From a virus, in IMG/VR virus record IMGVR_UViG_3300035698_016731, positions 15,775 to 79,774 of that record: DNA of 64,000 bases; one strand, written 5' to 3'. Positions 19,427 to 29,675 of the stretch are shown here, one piece after another. Every line of letters starts with the position of its first letter. Within the stretch, counting starts at the first letter, position 1. The position numbers and the translations under genes were made by a program. The notes beneath the pieces are model-generated. The model worked only from the letters and a program-made list of their open reading frames with translations. It did no database searches and was not told the origin of the DNA.

Positions 19427-21162
19427 TTAACCTCCTTAATTAATATACACCCTTCTGCTAATGTACAGTTACTACTTCCTGTATCCCATTCTGCTTTTAT
19501 AGGAATAGTTCCCTTTCCTCCAAACACTAGAGCATGTAAACGGATAGGCTGATAACCACTATCCATAAACAAACCTTCTAATTCATTGTATTCTTGATTA
19601 TTTATTTCCAAATGAATATCAGTAGCTGCAACAGGAAGTATAGATGAATTTAATTGTACATATATAGGATAGCTTCCCTGTGTAAAGTATGTTAAAGTTC
19701 CATCAATAGTTGTATCTGCTGCAGTTGAAGCAGTAACAGCAGGAAGATGTAGGACTACACTTCTTGGAGCCATCCAATCTAATTCTTCTATATCAAATGT
19801 ACTCAATCCAGCCAAGTTGGCTATGCTTGCTCCTGTTCCACTATTATAAATAGCACTCGCTTCTCCAGAACTTATCTGCCTATTCCAAATTGTAAAATCA
19901 TCTATCTGCCCTCCCATAGCAAAAGCATAAGAAGTAACAATAGCACCAGAATAGTATTTAAAATAATCAATCTCAGAAGTACAAAACCAAGTTGTACTTT
20001 CATTTCCAAAACTCACAAGGTCAGCACCTGGGTCTTGACTATTTACTGTACCACTTAAAACTTTCTTTCCATTAATATAAAAATCCCAAGCTGTTCCACT
20101 TACTTCTATCTTATATACTCTCATTACATCATAAGTATCTATCCAATAAGTTTTTGTACTGGCTCCATGAAATAGTTGAATACAATGACGATAAAACTTT
20201 ATACGGACTACCCTATCATTAGTATCATCATCAATACGAACAGTAAAGATTCCATTACTATCATATACTCCTGCTTCTTCAGTAAGTCTCATACGCCATT
20301 CAGCAGTAAAACCTGTAGCAAAATTCACTGTAGGAACTATTTCATAATAAGCACTATATTGAGAAGCAGTTTCTGATGAAGTATTGATTACTAATAGTCC
20401 ATCTTTTATTGTACTAAATTCACTTTCTACTCCATTAGTTTTACCTGTAGTAAAAGACCAACTATTCTCAGTAGGTAATTCTGTACCATCTTCTGATTTA
20501 GTCCAATTAAATTCATTCTTTCCACAACCTACCATAGAGTAAGCATCTATATGATTAGGAGGAGTCTTGATGGTTTGCTTTATTAATTTAGTTCCTTCTT
20601 GGCTTCCATCAAAAAGCAATTCCAATCTATCACTTCCATCTCCCTTACATCTCCATTTAGCAACAACATGGTGCCAGTCTGTATCAGCACTTCGGTCTGT
20701 GCTCCCTGTTACCTTAAATTCTGTACCTTCAGTATCTATCATATAAATTTCTAAATAACCCAATGAAGTAAGATGTGCTTTTAATCCCCAAATAGTTTCA
20801 AATATTACTCCACTTTTACTTGCCTTCCTAAACCAGAAACTTATACTTCCTTCCTCATGACAATTTCTATTCTTCATTGATAAAAGAAGAAAAGTATCAT
20901 CATCAGAAAAATCTCCAGAATAACTATCAAACATTTTATTAGTACTATTCAAATCAGAAACAACAAAAGAATCATTACCTGATAGACTGTAGTTTGTTTC
21001 AAAACCATGGTCTATCATTCTACTATAATCTTCAAAATTTTCATACAGCAGCATACCTCTTCTTAAAAAGGACTGTAGGTCATTGTCAGCCATATTTTGA
21101 TATAGCTGATGAGTCATTAATTTTCCATTTGACCAAGTATCTGTAAGGTCTGTATAGCTCAT
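19423..21162 (-). CDS. LamG/concanavalin-domain tail fibre paralog C
   Basis: EGSISFWF, WHHVVAKW, IDDFTIWNRQIS...IYNSG; N-terminus YTDLTDTW shared with paralogs. Confidence 0.8.
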   Translation of the reverse strand: MSYTDLTDTWSNGKLMTHQLYQNMADNDLQSFLRRGMLLYENFEDYSRMIDHGFETNYSLSGNDSFVVSDLNSTNKMFDSYSGDFSDDDTFLLLSMKNRNCHEEGSISFWFRKASKSGVIFETIWGLKAHLTSLGYLEIYMIDTEGTEFKVTGSTDRSADTDWHHVVAKWRCKGDGSDRLELLFDGSQEGTKLIKQTIKTPPNHIDAYSMVGCGKNEFNWTKSEDGTELPTENSWSFTTGKTNGVESEFSTIKDGLLVINTSSETASQYSAYYEIVPTVNFATGFTAEWRMRLTEEAGVYDSNGIFTVRIDDDTNDRVVRIKFYRHCIQLFHGASTKTYWIDTYDVMRVYKIEVSGTAWDFYINGKKVLSGTVNSQDPGADLVSFGNESTTWFCTSEIDYFKYYSGAIVTSYAFAMGGQIDDFTIWNRQISSGEASAIYNSGTGASIANLAGLSTFDIEELDWMAPRSVVLHLPAVTASTAADTTIDGTLTYFTQGSYPIYVQLNSSILPVAATDIHLEINNQEYNELEGLFMDSGYQPIRLHALVFGGKGTIPIKAEWDTGSSNCTLAEGCILIKEVK

Positions 21163-22937
21163 TCTAATTCCTCTCCAATTATATGAAAATAATTAACTGC
21201 ATTATAAGTTTTAGCAGCATTTTTAACTTGCATTTGTATAGCTATTGTACTAGCAACAGAAGAGCTAACAGCCATAGGTAACTGTGTATTTGCATAATTA
21301 GTATCTTCATGCCAAGAGATAGAAGGGAATTGACCTACACCATCTTCCATTCCTACATCTAACATTCCATAAAAAGTATCTTGTCCATCAATTGACTCAC
21401 AAGATTGTGAACTGTAGTATATCATAGGATTTCTTGGTTGAATATTGTAAACTAGATTTGCAGTTATATTTTGATAAGTAGCTGATAGACTAAATGTACC
21501 TCTTTCATCTCTAATTTTCCCGAATATCTTCATACCTTTATGATTAAGTTTTTGAACCTCTAATGAACTAAGGTCACAGTAATCAGAAATAGCATATCCC
21601 AAACCATTATTATATATTGAATCGAACTCATTGTCATCTAACTGTCTATCCCAAAGAGCAAGGTCATCCATTTGACCTCCAAAACCTGAAGTACCATTTA
21701 TATCAGGAACATTTAATAAATCATCTTGATAACCAACTTTTACATAATCCCATTCAGAGAAAGATTCCCTATTTGCTGCAACATCATCATCTCCAAAACC
21801 AAATATAGTTCCACCATCAATGTTTCCAGCTGTTATATCAATACTTCCAGACATTATTCCATCTATGTATAGAACAACATTTGTTTCACCATAAACTACT
21901 ATCCTATAAGTGTGCCATTGGTAAGTATCAATAGAAGTAGACTTATAAGTGTCAGCTCCTATGGTTACTCCTTGAGGATAAATCCAAAGTCTAACATAAT
22001 AAGGAGTATCACTATCTTCCATCCACATTACACATTGAGTATTTGCACCTCCAGTCATATCATAATCTATCAATCTCATCCTCGCTTCCATCCAAACAGT
22101 TGCTGCACTAAAATCTATATTAGCATCACTTTCATAATAATAAGCAATAGCAGCAGAAGCCATAGTTTTTATTTTCAACACACCATCCTCAACCCCACTA
22201 CGAAGATTCTCATCTCCTCCTGTAAAAGTCCCACTATCTGCTGAAGGAAGGGCTGTCATCTCCCAAGTTTCTATATCATTATCAGCTGTATCATTTCTAT
22301 CACAACCAATCAACATGGTACTTCTATCAGAGCCTGTTACAAAAATAGTTTTGCTAGTAAGAGCAGTTCCTACTTCCTCCCCATCAATAAACAAATGCAT
22401 CTCATCACTTCCATCTCCCTTACATCTCCACTTAGCTCCAATATGTTTCCATTCAGATTTTGAGTCCACAATGTTATCGCTTATAATAGTATTAGTAACA
22501 CCACTAGTGTCTGTAATATTAAATCTTAAATAACCACCATTATCTATTTTAATTTGAGCACCCCAGTATGGTCTCCAAAGGCTCTTTCCTTTCAACCCAG
22601 CTCTAAACCAAAAACTAATACTTCCCTCTTCAGCATTATCCTTTAAATCCATTTTATATAAAAGGGTATCAGCACTACCCATATTCAAAGCATTAGTTCC
22701 AAACTTTACATTATCACTTTGAACTGCTGGTGCTAACAATTCTAAAACTCCATCATTATTCCAATCCAACTCTGCTCCATTATCACACATGTTAACAAAG
22801 TTCTCAAAGTTCTCATAGAATATCAATCCTTTATCTAAATGAAGAAGTGAGTCATTTACAGCATGAGCATGCATATATTGCCATCTTACTATGCTCTTAT
22901 ATTCCCACACTTCAGTTAAGTCCATATAGTTAGACAT
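21159..22937 (-). CDS. LamG/concanavalin-domain tail fibre paralog B
   Basis: EGSISFWF, WKHIGAKWRCKGDGSD, MDDLALWDRQL...IYNNG. Confidence 0.8.
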   Translation of the reverse strand: MSNYMDLTEVWEYKSIVRWQYMHAHAVNDSLLHLDKGLIFYENFENFVNMCDNGAELDWNNDGVLELLAPAVQSDNVKFGTNALNMGSADTLLYKMDLKDNAEEGSISFWFRAGLKGKSLWRPYWGAQIKIDNGGYLRFNITDTSGVTNTIISDNIVDSKSEWKHIGAKWRCKGDGSDEMHLFIDGEEVGTALTSKTIFVTGSDRSTMLIGCDRNDTADNDIETWEMTALPSADSGTFTGGDENLRSGVEDGVLKIKTMASAAIAYYYESDANIDFSAATVWMEARMRLIDYDMTGGANTQCVMWMEDSDTPYYVRLWIYPQGVTIGADTYKSTSIDTYQWHTYRIVVYGETNVVLYIDGIMSGSIDITAGNIDGGTIFGFGDDDVAANRESFSEWDYVKVGYQDDLLNVPDINGTSGFGGQMDDLALWDRQLDDNEFDSIYNNGLGYAISDYCDLSSLEVQKLNHKGMKIFGKIRDERGTFSLSATYQNITANLVYNIQPRNPMIYYSSQSCESIDGQDTFYGMLDVGMEDGVGQFPSISWHEDTNYANTQLPMAVSSSVASTIAIQMQVKNAAKTYNAVNYFHIIGEELE

Positions 22938-25777
22938 TATTTCTTCTCCATTATTACCATAGTTCTACCTATTGTATCTCCAGTAATTGTATTACTAGCA
23001 ACTTTCCATCTTTCCAAAGCCAACATAGCTCCGTAGTCTCCCATATTTATTCCCATATTAGAAATTGGTACATAATTTCCTGTAGCAAGAACTACATCAT
23101 GCACCCAACTTTCTGAAAATGTAGAACCTGTATCCAGCACTCTCATATTTAATTTACCTAATCCAAAAACTCCAGAACCTGCTGCATTCATATCCCAAGC
23201 ATCACTATAGAAACCAATCCATGGAGCACTTCCTTTCATATAATACAAACTCATTTCAGGAACATTAACATAACTAGTATCAGTTTCTGTAGGGCTTATA
23301 GTACTACCAGTAGCCATATGACATTGTGCTGGGTGGTGATTGAGTTCTTTTAATTCCTTTCTTCCTATGTATGAAAGTTCTTTGATGCTTTTTCCTGTCC
23401 CACTGTTGTAAATCAATTCTATTTCATTTACACTTATCTGCCTACCCCAAATTGCTAAATCATCTATCAAGCCTAAACAAGTATCACCAATAGGAACATC
23501 AGTTGAATCTAATATATATTTAAAATACTCCCACTTAGTTTCAGAATCCTTCCCTGATGTACTATCTGAATCTCCAAATTGAACTAAATCTGCTCCTGCA
23601 TCACCACCATTTACTGTACCAGTCATTCTCATTACACCATCTACATAAAATAAATATGTTGTTGCAGTTACTGTAACTCGGTAAGTGTGATAGTCTAATC
23701 TTGGATTCATATAGATATGTTTATGAATGTCACCACTTATCCTAATCCTATGATTGTAGAATTTTATATCTAAACTTTCACTTTGTGTACCATCTCTAAA
23801 GTATACCTGACAAACATCATAGTTACCTCCACTACTTTCTGCATTAACAACTTTCAATTTCCATTCAGCAGTAAAACCTGCATCAAAATCAACATCAGGA
23901 GCTATGTCATAATAGGCATCTCCTACAGCAGCATTGTCTCCAGCATAGAGTTCATCAATATATATAGTATTCGCCGCATCAGCATTAGTTATCTCTATCT
24001 GTATCTTTTCTATATCATCAAGGTCAGAGGCACTCTCCCCACTAATGTCCCAAGTTTCAGTTTGCCAAGTATCAGCTACTAATATATTGGGAGTGTCTTC
24101 TATCCAATTTCCTCCAACATCATAAAGACGAACATTAAAGTGACTTCCTATCCTTGAACCTCTAACTTGATATTTTATCTGTGTTTGTTTAGAAATATCT
24201 ATTGTTGAATCAAGAGTCCTTGTTAGAGTATCATCTAAGGAGTCAGTAATAGCAGCAACTACTTTCATACAATATGTACCTTCTTGAGCTTCCCCAGCAT
24301 TTGAAAAAGCAAGTAGATTAGTTTGAGGCAAATCTAACTCACTTCCATTTCCACTATTATATATAGCAACTACATCGTCAGAAGTCAAAACACTATCATA
24401 CAATCTCAAGTCATCCAACTTTCCATCAAAATAAGTACTTCCACTTCTTCCTATATAAATAGTAAAACATTGCTGAATGGGAGCAGTATCTGTCCAAGTA
24501 TCTACACTCGCACCGTCTTCATATATTTCATAATCTCCATCTACATTTCTTGTTATAGCATAATGAGTCCAAGTTGTACTTATATCTCCACAAGCATAAT
24601 CATTATTAAATTGACCAGGTACAGAAACTCTTAATAGGTTTGCATGAAATGTAATCTCAAATAGGTCATCATAGTAAAATATTACAGGTCTATTAGCTAC
24701 ATTGTCATCTCTATATACCCAAAAACTCCAAGTAAAAACAGTACTTGGTATAGTTATTGGAACAAAAGCTGATGCATATTCTCTTCCTGAATACACTGGT
24801 CCATCAGTATATCCATCAACATAAAATATCTTTACTGTACCACCATTAGTAGTCCTATTTGCTCCACCACGTACATCAAGAACACCACTACTGATATTTA
24901 TTCCATCTGCTGTGTAGCATTTTAAAAGGATACCACCACCTGCACCTTCTCCTGATGCTCCACTACTACCACCTTTATTAGCTGTCTTTGTACAGTATTC
25001 TCCTCCACCTCCAGTAAGACATGGACCAGGATTACAGCCATAACCTCCTACTGCTCCTGCTCCTGATTGAACACTAGCATGACTTGCTCCTCCTATTCCA
25101 GCACCTTGACCATAACGGCAAATTGCTCCATTACCAGCATTGCCATTTCCTCCATATCTTCCTCTACAATAAATTCCACCAGTAATAGTAATAGAAGTAG
25201 AAGCATAAAGCTTTACCCAAGCAGCACCATCTCCACCTCCTGCTCCACCAGCACCTCCACCTGCAGAGTAGTTGTTATTAGGACAACATCCACCATAGGA
25301 AGGTGAACGAATTTCTCCACCAGCACCTCCACCACCACCTCCACCTCCTGAACCCATTACTAAAGATTCATCAGTAGAAGAGTCTCCATTAGCACCAGAA
25401 CTTTTATATCCACCATTGGCTCCACCTGAAGCACTACCTCCCAAACAACAACTAGCTGCTCCTCCACCACCTCCACCACCAGGATAAGAACCAGAACCTG
25501 TTGCTCCACCTGTACCATTACTTGGAGTGTCTCCACCAGCTGAACCAGCACCACCATTACCACCATTATATCCTCTACCATCTCCAATAATAGTTCCAAT
25601 GATATTAATAACATCAGCTTCTATCTGAAGCCAACCAGTAACAGAAGAAACATACTCAGCAACATAAAGTATCTTACCACTATTAATAGTAAGAGTACCT
25701 ATATTGTAATGTCTGTCACTCCAAGTGGTATTTGCACTTATAGTAACATTTGCACCTGCATGGTCAGTTGCTGCCAT
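22937..25777 (-). CDS. Polyglycine/Cys-rich adhesin domain fused to the C-terminal half of LamG fibre paralog A
   Basis: Gly runs (GSGGGGGGGG) in the first ~340 aa; then FTWSFWVY...LDDLRLYDSVL, GFTAEWK, IDDLAIWGRQIS...IYNSG. Confidence 0.8.
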   Translation of the reverse strand: MAATDHAGANVTISANTTWSDRHYNIGTLTINSGKILYVAEYVSSVTGWLQIEADVINIIGTIIGDGRGYNGGNGGAGSAGGDTPSNGTGGATGSGSYPGGGGGGGAASCCLGGSASGGANGGYKSSGANGDSSTDESLVMGSGGGGGGGGAGGEIRSPSYGGCCPNNNYSAGGGAGGAGGGDGAAWVKLYASTSITITGGIYCRGRYGGNGNAGNGAICRYGQGAGIGGASHASVQSGAGAVGGYGCNPGPCLTGGGGEYCTKTANKGGSSGASGEGAGGGILLKCYTADGINISSGVLDVRGGANRTTNGGTVKIFYVDGYTDGPVYSGREYASAFVPITIPSTVFTWSFWVYRDDNVANRPVIFYYDDLFEITFHANLLRVSVPGQFNNDYACGDISTTWTHYAITRNVDGDYEIYEDGASVDTWTDTAPIQQCFTIYIGRSGSTYFDGKLDDLRLYDSVLTSDDVVAIYNSGNGSELDLPQTNLLAFSNAGEAQEGTYCMKVVAAITDSLDDTLTRTLDSTIDISKQTQIKYQVRGSRIGSHFNVRLYDVGGNWIEDTPNILVADTWQTETWDISGESASDLDDIEKIQIEITNADAANTIYIDELYAGDNAAVGDAYYDIAPDVDFDAGFTAEWKLKVVNAESSGGNYDVCQVYFRDGTQSESLDIKFYNHRIRISGDIHKHIYMNPRLDYHTYRVTVTATTYLFYVDGVMRMTGTVNGGDAGADLVQFGDSDSTSGKDSETKWEYFKYILDSTDVPIGDTCLGLIDDLAIWGRQISVNEIELIYNSGTGKSIKELSYIGRKELKELNHHPAQCHMATGSTISPTETDTSYVNVPEMSLYYMKGSAPWIGFYSDAWDMNAAGSGVFGLGKLNMRVLDTGSTFSESWVHDVVLATGNYVPISNMGINMGDYGAMLALERWKVASNTITGDTIGRTMVIMEKK

Positions 25778-26027
25778 CTTTTATCACCCTATTGTAAGAA
25801 ATTATTTTCCCTTCTAAGTCTTTAACAAAAGGAGGATAATATACTGGAGCAGAGGCTTTGCTTTTAGCCATATCCAGAATCATATCTATTACCCTATCTT
25901 TTGTTGCTACCTTTCCTAAATTAATATATTCATTACTTAAAAGCTTATCATTTGCAAATATATCAAAATTAGCTACTATTCCATTTTCATCTGCACTAAA
26001 TTTATTAATTTTAACAGATACAGTCAT
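25764..26027 (-). CDS. Hypothetical protein (inserted cassette)
   Basis: GAGGTG RBS, coupled to neighbours. Confidence 0.65.
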   Translation of the reverse strand: MTVSVKINKFSADENGIVANFDIFANDKLLSNEYINLGKVATKDRVIDMILDMAKSKASAPVYYPPFVKDLEGKIISYNRVIKDGSN

Positions 26028-26251
26028 ACTATCACCTCGATATTTTTAATCCAATTAAGTTCCATTTGTATAATCTTCCTTATATAATTAATCATCTGAG
26101 TTACATTCACAGGACAACAATGACTTATCCTATTTAATACCAAAACAATATTATCTTCAACTATCTCTTTCAATTGAATGAGAAAACCTTCTCCCATTAA
26201 TTCACTTTCTAAATAAGCTAAAACTTTTCTCACTTCTTTTTCTTTATCCAT
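26024..26251 (-). CDS. NifU C-terminal-domain-like small protein
   Basis: L..EG..IQL..I....V.LVL...SHCCP...INYIRK.I......IKNIEV resembles the NifU-C pattern. Confidence 0.45.
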   Translation of the reverse strand: MDKEKEVRKVLAYLESELMGEGFLIQLKEIVEDNIVLVLNRISHCCPVNVTQMINYIRKIIQMELNWIKNIEVIV

Positions 26252-27984
26252 TATACAGTTCCGCCAATCAGATAATCATTGCTACCTGAATTAAACTCTA
26301 TACAATAATCTCCAGTATGTCCTGTTTCTTGGTCTCTGTTGTTGTCAAAAGTTAAATCTATATTTCCTTTTAAATCGGATTCTGTAGTAGCATTATCTCC
26401 TTCAAAAGTCCAATGAGCATAAGGTGAAGTAGTCATAGCATCACTACCTATATAGGTAACTTGAGCAGAAGCATCAGAAGCATACTCGAAATTATCCAAA
26501 GTAACATAAGCAGTTGTTGTGTCTATAGTTAATATACCATTAGCTATTGAAACAAATTGAGTTTCCTGACTTCCTTGATAAGTCCAATTTCCAGCAGAAG
26601 GAAGAGCACTCATATCTTCATCTTCACCCCATACTGGGTCATTCCTTCCACTTCCTACTATAGCATAGCTATCAAAACAACCTCCTGCAATTTGAACAGT
26701 ACCACCACTCATTGCTGTTCCACTAGCACTACCATCAATGTATAATTTTAAACTATCTGAAGCATCACCTAAATTTCTCCAAAGGACAATAATATGATGC
26801 CATGCCTCATCACAAATATCAACTGTGCTGTCTGTTATTGCACCGACACCACCAAATCCACCAGAAGGTAGAGACTCTGTAAGACCTACATCAATATAGC
26901 CTGTAGCATCAACTTCTATCTTTAATCCCCAATAAGCTTCATAGAGGGTTGTAGACTTTTTAGGATTTTTAATCCAGAAACTAATACTTCCTTCTTTGTG
27001 ATGTTCACGAAGGCGAGTTGATAAAAGCATATCTCCATCATCATGGAAGCTAATTGCCTTTTGACCAAACTTTGCTGCCTTATCAAAATGTAATAGTAAA
27101 TTAGTATCACTGTCAGTAGTGTGAACTGCTGTTGGAGTAGTAATAGTATCATCTCCACTTCCACCTGTGGCATTTGGTGCTGCTGTGAATATATTACTCA
27201 TTATGATTCTAACTTCTTCCATATTTCCATTGAAAAATATATCATCATCACCACGTTGTCCTAACCAGAGCCTCCCAACAAATATATCTTCAGTAGCATC
27301 ACTTACATAAGCCACCTGTGCTCCATCAAGATATAATCCCCACTCCACAGTTGGACCACCTGAAGTAACTTTACAAAGAGCAACATGATGCCAATCTGTA
27401 TCAGCTATCTCAGTACCCCAACCTGAATCAATAGTTCCTGCCCCACCATTATATGAAGCTAAGAATCTTAAACCACTTCCGTGTTGGTGATAAAGTTGCC
27501 AATAATTAGTTACATCTTCATATTGTTCAATAAGTACTTCTGTTCCTACATGGTCACCCATCTTTACCCAAAGGTCAATTGTCCAATCAACTGTATCATC
27601 ATTCAATAAAGCCCAAAGAGGGGAATCAGCAAAGTAAATAGCATCAGCTTGGCCATTAAATTCTGCACTTCCATTTCCCCACTTATAATTTACAGCATCA
27701 ACTTTTACATGATAAGAAACAATTGCTTCTTCATGGTTACTACTATAGTCCGTAACATCAAGGTTCATTATCTGGTCATATTCTACATCAGGAGTCTCAC
27801 TATCATTACTAGGATTAGGGTGATAGCCATAATCTATCATCTTTCTATAACTTTCAAAATTACAATAGGATTCTAATTGATTAAGAATATATTGACTCGC
27901 ATCATTGTCTGCCATATTTTGCAACAATGTAGTTGTAATGAGAGTTCTATGTTCCCAACTATCTGTCAAATCTGTATAAGCCAT
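26251..27984 (-). CDS. N-terminal half of LamG tail fibre paralog A
   Basis: MAYTDLTDSW...QNMADND; WTIDLWVK, WHHVAL, TNLLLHFD, EGSISFWI; stops inside a LamG domain. Confidence 0.8.
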   Translation of the reverse strand: MAYTDLTDSWEHRTLITTTLLQNMADNDASQYILNQLESYCNFESYRKMIDYGYHPNPSNDSETPDVEYDQIMNLDVTDYSSNHEEAIVSYHVKVDAVNYKWGNGSAEFNGQADAIYFADSPLWALLNDDTVDWTIDLWVKMGDHVGTEVLIEQYEDVTNYWQLYHQHGSGLRFLASYNGGAGTIDSGWGTEIADTDWHHVALCKVTSGGPTVEWGLYLDGAQVAYVSDATEDIFVGRLWLGQRGDDDIFFNGNMEEVRIIMSNIFTAAPNATGGSGDDTITTPTAVHTTDSDTNLLLHFDKAAKFGQKAISFHDDGDMLLSTRLREHHKEGSISFWIKNPKKSTTLYEAYWGLKIEVDATGYIDVGLTESLPSGGFGGVGAITDSTVDICDEAWHHIIVLWRNLGDASDSLKLYIDGSASGTAMSGGTVQIAGGCFDSYAIVGSGRNDPVWGEDEDMSALPSAGNWTYQGSQETQFVSIANGILTIDTTTAYVTLDNFEYASDASAQVTYIGSDAMTTSPYAHWTFEGDNATTESDLKGNIDLTFDNNRDQETGHTGDYCIEFNSGSNDYLIGGTV

Positions 27985-28009
27985 TTATTTAATTCCTACT
28001 TTGGTGATG

Positions 28010-28345
28010 TTACTCAATAACCACATCTCCCAATTTCTTTAAATTAGGAAATTCTATAACAAAATGTATACAACTCTTACAAACCTTATTATTAAAAAAT
28101 GTCTCAAAACCATTTGGACATTTATCTCCACTTTGTTTTAGGTAGCAAGTCTCTGCTTTTGTTAGCTGAGCTCGACTTACTCCTGTACCATCAAAAAATT
28201 TACTATCATAGTTACGGCATGATTTACAGCTCGTATCAACTTTAGTTTTTTTCATAGGACATTGACTCAATCCTACTTTACAATTCTCTATAAGTATTCC
28301 TTTTACTTCAGTTACTTTTCTTCCAAACATAAACGGCATATCCAA
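28010..28345 (-). CDS. Cys-rich protein with two C-x(5-8)-C-x(8-11)-CKSC units
   Basis: 8 Cys, CKSC twice; AGGAG RBS. Confidence 0.65.
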   Translation of the reverse strand: MDMPFMFGRKVTEVKGILIENCKVGLSQCPMKKTKVDTSCKSCRNYDSKFFDGTGVSRAQLTKAETCYLKQSGDKCPNGFETFFNNKVCKSCIHFVIEFPNLKKLGDVVIE

Positions 28346-28361
28346 TCTCCTTTTTTAATCA

Positions 28362-29675
28362 TTAATATGCATAGTACATAGGTGCTACTGAGGCTGCTGG
28401 TGCAGCACAGTATGCAAATTCTTTATTTGCTGTACTGGCAGCTGCAAAAGTATCACTCTGTGGACTCAAGTCATCTCCCTCATCTACACTACTTCCCAAG
28501 AAAGCCCAAGTATAGCCTCCTATGTCAGTTGTCTTTTCCAATTCTAGTTGAGTTTCATGCTGGGACATATCCATGACTACCCGATTTATTCTACAATATT
28601 CAGAACTCAAACCAGCAATGCTAGAAATTACAATTACAACTTGTCCTATATCTATATCAGGCAACCAATGAGCATCTACATGTATATTTGGTATGTCATC
28701 TCTTGTTCCAAACTTGGTTATAATTTTATCCCCTATGTCTTTTGCTTGAGCATACTTCTGGACATAAGGATTGTTTATTATTATGTAGCGACCTGCTTCT
28801 TGAGTATCTGTATTGTCTATTGGATAGAAACTATCTCCACTATAATGAACTCTTACTTTATTAACTAACATAGTAAAGTCAGTAATGTAAGTAACATCTT
28901 TCGTATATGATTCTAAGTTAAGTTCATCTCCTTCCCCAGCGAAGACAGGAATAAACTCTTCTAAATTTATAACTCCAAACCTATCTTCCCAAATTCTTGT
29001 ATTTGAGCTTTCAGCTAAATATGCAATAGCTGAACTTATTGTCATATCACTAAATACAATATCTCTATAAAAGATAGAAAGGTCTTGTATACTGTATTCT
29101 GCAGCAGTCAACCCTGCAACCTCTTTCAATAGATATTCTACAATATCATTGAACTTCCAATCTCCCATAAAAGTAAGTGGGTCTGCAACTCCATCATCAT
29201 CAGGCTCTCCCACTCTTTTCTCTAATGCCTTCTTACTCTTTCCCCTGCCATATAGCTGAGCCATTCCACTGTCATCCTTCAACTCGACCTTCTCTAATAG
29301 GACTACAGCCTGTGGAGTTACTTCTATGTTGTCATCATCTATATAGAACCCTGCATAGATGGAAATTTCTGCATCATAGTAGTCTTTTCCATAAAACAGA
29401 CTTGTAGGCTCTTCAGGAGAAAAATATCCAGTATTATTACTAACCATTACTGTCGAGTCACCACTTCTAATTTGAGATACCTGTCCAGGTTGATTTGGAC
29501 TACCTCTATCTATACTAGAGATGTTGGTTACATAGTCTGTTATATCTATAGCATCTTCATCACCAATAGCTATAGTAACATATTTATATGGACGACTGTT
29601 GGAAGATGCTCTTTCTGCTATAAAATCAGAGCTTACAGTATTATTTATAGTAATATCAGCCACGGCTACTTGCAC
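28362..29675 (-). CDS. Tail tip/baseplate hub (Tal-like) protein
   Basis: Follows TMP; DITDYV, AIAYLAE...IWEDRFG, VNKVRV, NPYVQ, LPDIDIGQVV. Confidence 0.7.
   Translation of the reverse strand: MQVAVADITINNTVSSDFIAERASSNSRPYKYVTIAIGDEDAIDITDYVTNISSIDRGSPNQPGQVSQIRSGDSTVMVSNNTGYFSPEEPTSLFYGKDYYDAEISIYAGFYIDDDNIEVTPQAVVLLEKVELKDDSGMAQLYGRGKSKKALEKRVGEPDDDGVADPLTFMGDWKFNDIVEYLLKEVAGLTAAEYSIQDLSIFYRDIVFSDMTISSAIAYLAESSNTRIWEDRFGVINLEEFIPVFAGEGDELNLESYTKDVTYITDFTMLVNKVRVHYSGDSFYPIDNTDTQEAGRYIIINNPYVQKYAQAKDIGDKIITKFGTRDDIPNIHVDAHWLPDIDIGQVVIVISSIAGLSSEYCRINRVVMDMSQHETQLELEKTTDIGGYTWAFLGSSVDEGDDLSPQSDTFAAASTANKEFAYCAAPAASVAPMYYAY

Noticed and set aside
17502-27984. Diversity-generating retroelement or invertase shufflon acting on fibres
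   Set aside because: No reverse transcriptase, recombinase, adenine-variant repeat pair or inverted cassette seen
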